DNA from: Proteromonas lacertae
Taxonomy: Eukaryota
DNA length: 20,000 nucleotides
Assembly (NCBI GenBank): GCA_002245135.1
Contig: NGBS01000334.1
Coordinates: 45,249-65,248, forward strand
Direction: 5' to 3'
Part shown: in pieces, positions 16,992-20,000 of the stretch
How the letters are laid out: every line of letters starts with the position of its first letter
How positions within the stretch are numbered: the first letter of the stretch is position 1
The notes under the pieces: generated by a model
Told to the model about the DNA's origin: nothing
Seen by the model: the letters and a program-made list of their open reading frames with translations, nothing else
Databases searched by the model: none
Made by a program: the position numbers and the translations under genes

Positions 16992-19900
16992 TTACTGATT
17001 CAACATTCCAACACTTCCATATTCTATTGCCAATAATATATTCTTTTTCATTGTCTCATAATCACTATAAGGAGGTAAATCCACTAAAAAGAAACAAGTA
17101 TGAGCTGTTGGTAATTGAGATGGATCTCCAGCTTTTCTAATCTTGAATTTAGTTGCCCAATTATAAGTACATGGAATTCTTGTTACTCCCCATACAAAAT
17201 AAATCCAACTACTCTTTTGCTCTTCAGTCAATTCATTCATCACAATCAGAAATTGTTTATTACATCATCATCTTCATTATATCCTTCATATTGAGTGTTT
17301 CTCTTTAATGCAGATATATCAATTTCTTGACTTCCGCATATGAAATATTCTAATTCTGATACACTTAAGAAATATAAAACATTTTCGTGTATAACACTAT
17401 ACAAACCATCTCTCATTGAATCAATTTGTTTATCAAATTCATTTATTCTGAATTTATATATTTTATCTAACATTTCATCTCGATTTTCTAATGTTAATGA
17501 GATGTTTGATCCACCATCAATAAATTCTTCATATTCACCTATGAAATTAGATACAACACATTTCGTATCTTCATCAACTACATATGGGAAATCTTCATCA
17601 GAACATTCTTTAATACTGTTTATATAATTCACTATTATTGGATCAATAAATTCTAAATCTTTCATTGTTATATCTTCTGTTTTTCCTAACAATTTCTTCC
17701 ATACTAAAGGTGGGAATGAGAATGGTAATGATAAATCATATCTTAATGATATTCCCATCAGTATTCCAATGAATTTATACATATTTAATAAACTTGGACA
17801 TTTCCATTTAGGATATGGCACAAATGTACCTGTTTTTCCACAATTTAACATTAATTTCAAATTTGGATTGAATATACTACTTACAATCTGAGTTATTGAA
17901 TCTCTAAATAAACCACCAGCATCAATTCCTTCTTCACCTTTATACATAACAGTCATAAAGAATTTATTACATTTAAACAATTCTATAGGTTGATCTTTTA
18001 ATTGTAAATACGCTTGAATAAACATTGAATGACTATGTAATGGATTATCAAATACTACACTCTCTTCTTGTTTTGCAGCTAATGAATCAAATAATACTGG
18101 GAACTGGATTAATATCTACTGCATTCTGTTTTAAAATTGTGGATATGAAAGTAAATTTTTGTAAACGAGGTAATAGATAAAGTGATTCTTTCATTTGATT
18201 TCCTAAACAATTTGGATATTTTAATGAGAAATCTACTAATAAATAGAATATTTCCCATAATTGTATGAATTCATCAATTAATCTAAGTCTAAAATCTCTC
18301 AATAATTGTGGATAACTACATAATAATGGATATTTCTTCTCAAATCCTTCTTCTTGTCGGAAATGAATACCACCTCCTAGTTTATTGGCATTATAATATT
18401 TTATAATCTCTAAATCAGCTTCTATTGGCCATTTATGCATTTTTCATATAAACTTAATATCTCTTCTTTGTTCTGATTTACAACATTAGATAACTTATCT
18501 CTCGGGAATCTACAAATTGAATCTACAATTACTGAAATACCATAGTATTCTTTATCTGTTGGAAAAACAGCACCTTCTTCTTTTGTTATTGAGAGACTAA
18601 ATCCACTACATGTAGCTTTTATTATTGGTTGATATGGAGGTTTCACTATATGTTTTTGTTCTCCAATTTTTATCATTAAATGATATTTGGGTGGTAATCT
18701 AAAACGAGGATCAAAGAATATTCTACATTGCTCAGCACCAGGTATTGAATATGTGCAATTAAAACTATCATCTCTAATTGGATGATCAGAATTAAACTCT
18801 TTTACTACAAAGTAATTTTAAACCAGAAAGTACAGAAAAAATCTTCTGGAAAGTATTGCTGATTTAATCCTCTAAACCATAATGGTGCAAATAATAAACT
18901 AATTTCAACTAAATCTTCTTGTTTTGTTAAATCTTTTAATGGTTCAAATGAGAAGTTTTTAATGTTGGTTTTTCTGTTCTTATTGATTTTGTTACTTGAT
19001 TATTGATATTTTTCATATGATATAATATTTCAGCGAAATATTTATATCTGTTTGATAAGGCAGAGTTCTTTTGCATTAATATACTAAATATAGAAAATAC
19101 ATCAGATATTGGTTCTAAATCAATTGTATAATCAGATGGGAAAACGTCAGGAGATGATAGTAACAATAAAACATCTTAATACTTTCAATATTACCATATT
19201 CTTTAATTCATGGATTAATGATGTATATAACTCAATATTAATCTGTTTATGTTTATATATATCTATCATTTTACTATTAAACAATGATTCACATACCATA
19301 AACCCCATTTTCTATCAGGTATACTGTTTATATCATCTTCAGTTGTCCATTTATGAACTGGTAATTCTCTCACCTCAAATCTAAACCCCCATGTTTGTTG
19401 ATTTCCTTTTAATAAATATTTGAACCACACTGTATCTCCATCTATTACTAATGGAGGAAATACTCCATTATTACCACTATATATGACACTATTATTAAAA
19501 TTTTCATCTCCTGATAATAACAAATAACTATTTCCATTACTACCAAAATCTGTATTTAAATCGAATATAACTATCAATCTTTTTGCTTCATTTAAATGTA
19601 CTTTACCTGAATATGATACTGGCATTTGAATGGGATGTAGACTTTCTTTAATTACATAATTATCACTTATTGTTGTATAATCATTATCTTTAATATGATT
19701 CAATATTTGATGCATATTATATCATATAATCTATTCTGAAACTCTTTATCTTTACTCCACAAGATAATTATGAAATAGATTTGTTTCATATATTGTACTA
19801 TCAAGTGTATTATTCATTACATTTCCAATCATTAAACGAGAAAATAAGTCCATTATATAATCAGTAGGAGATTGTTTTATTTTAGCTATTAATCTTTCAT

Positions 19901-20000
19901 AAGATTTATCATTTGTCAATATATTTAATAATATTCCTTGTGAATAATATCTTTCTAATGATGAAATATAAGCGATTATTTGTGATATTGTTGCTTGTTT
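16992..20000 (-). CDS. Large HECT-domain E3 ubiquitin ligase, 3' part (continues beyond window); several 1-nt frameshifts
   Basis: YKGEEGIDAGGLFRDSI, YKFIGILMGISLR, VWKKL, ELEYFICG, FVWGVTRIP, LPTAHTCFFLVDLPPYS (catalytic Cys). Upstream repeats of the 'HP...IPGA / WGFRFEV' type. Frameshifts at ~17247, ~18100, ~18442 and further breaks upstream. Confidence 0.9.

Noticed and set aside
17240..17250. Stop-codon reassignment (TGA read as Trp at 'NNF*')
   Set aside because: The downstream coding sequence is in another frame; a missing G (TGG to TG) explains it. TAA and TGA end intact genes in this window.
104..19384. Short opposite-strand or overlapping ORFs (104..286, 2454..2675, 8545..8736, 13002..13301, 14072..14305, 14488..14730, 14982..15212, 15997..16212, 16576..16812, 17340..17627, 19109..19384)
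   Set aside because: Shadow ORFs overlapping better-supported genes, with no motifs.

Overview
Very AT-rich eukaryotic DNA with short GT-AG introns (~29-46 nt), a flagellar gene (CFAP52) and a 3' TGTTTGTT motif; together these suggest a Blastocystis/Proteromonas-type stramenopile (inference). From about 1.45 to 12.97 kb lies an integrated, apparently intronless Polinton/Maverick-like virus. It encodes a minor capsid protein, a double jelly-roll-type major capsid protein, a retroviral-like integrase with a DDD-type triad, a ~1600-aa protein-primed PolB (Pro-rich N-terminus, vOTU-like protease, Zn finger, EndoVII-like insert, long acidic insert) and several orphan ORFs. No packaging ATPase, maturation protease or matching terminal inverted repeats (TIRs) are recognisable. 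Nested in one viral ORF is a 639-bp non-coding foldback transposon (12022-12660) with 283-bp TIRs, TGTTG...CAACA ends, 17-bp subterminal tandem repeats and a perfect 6-bp target-site duplication (TSD), CTAAAT; removing it restores an intact 102-aa ORF. Host genes: a spliced hypothetical gene (left), a 5'-truncated LRR-like fragment, CFAP52, a RAD51D-like paralog and the 3' part of a large HECT E3 ligase. Most frameshifts in pPolB, integrase and HECT are 1-nt homopolymer indels, probably long-read assembly errors.
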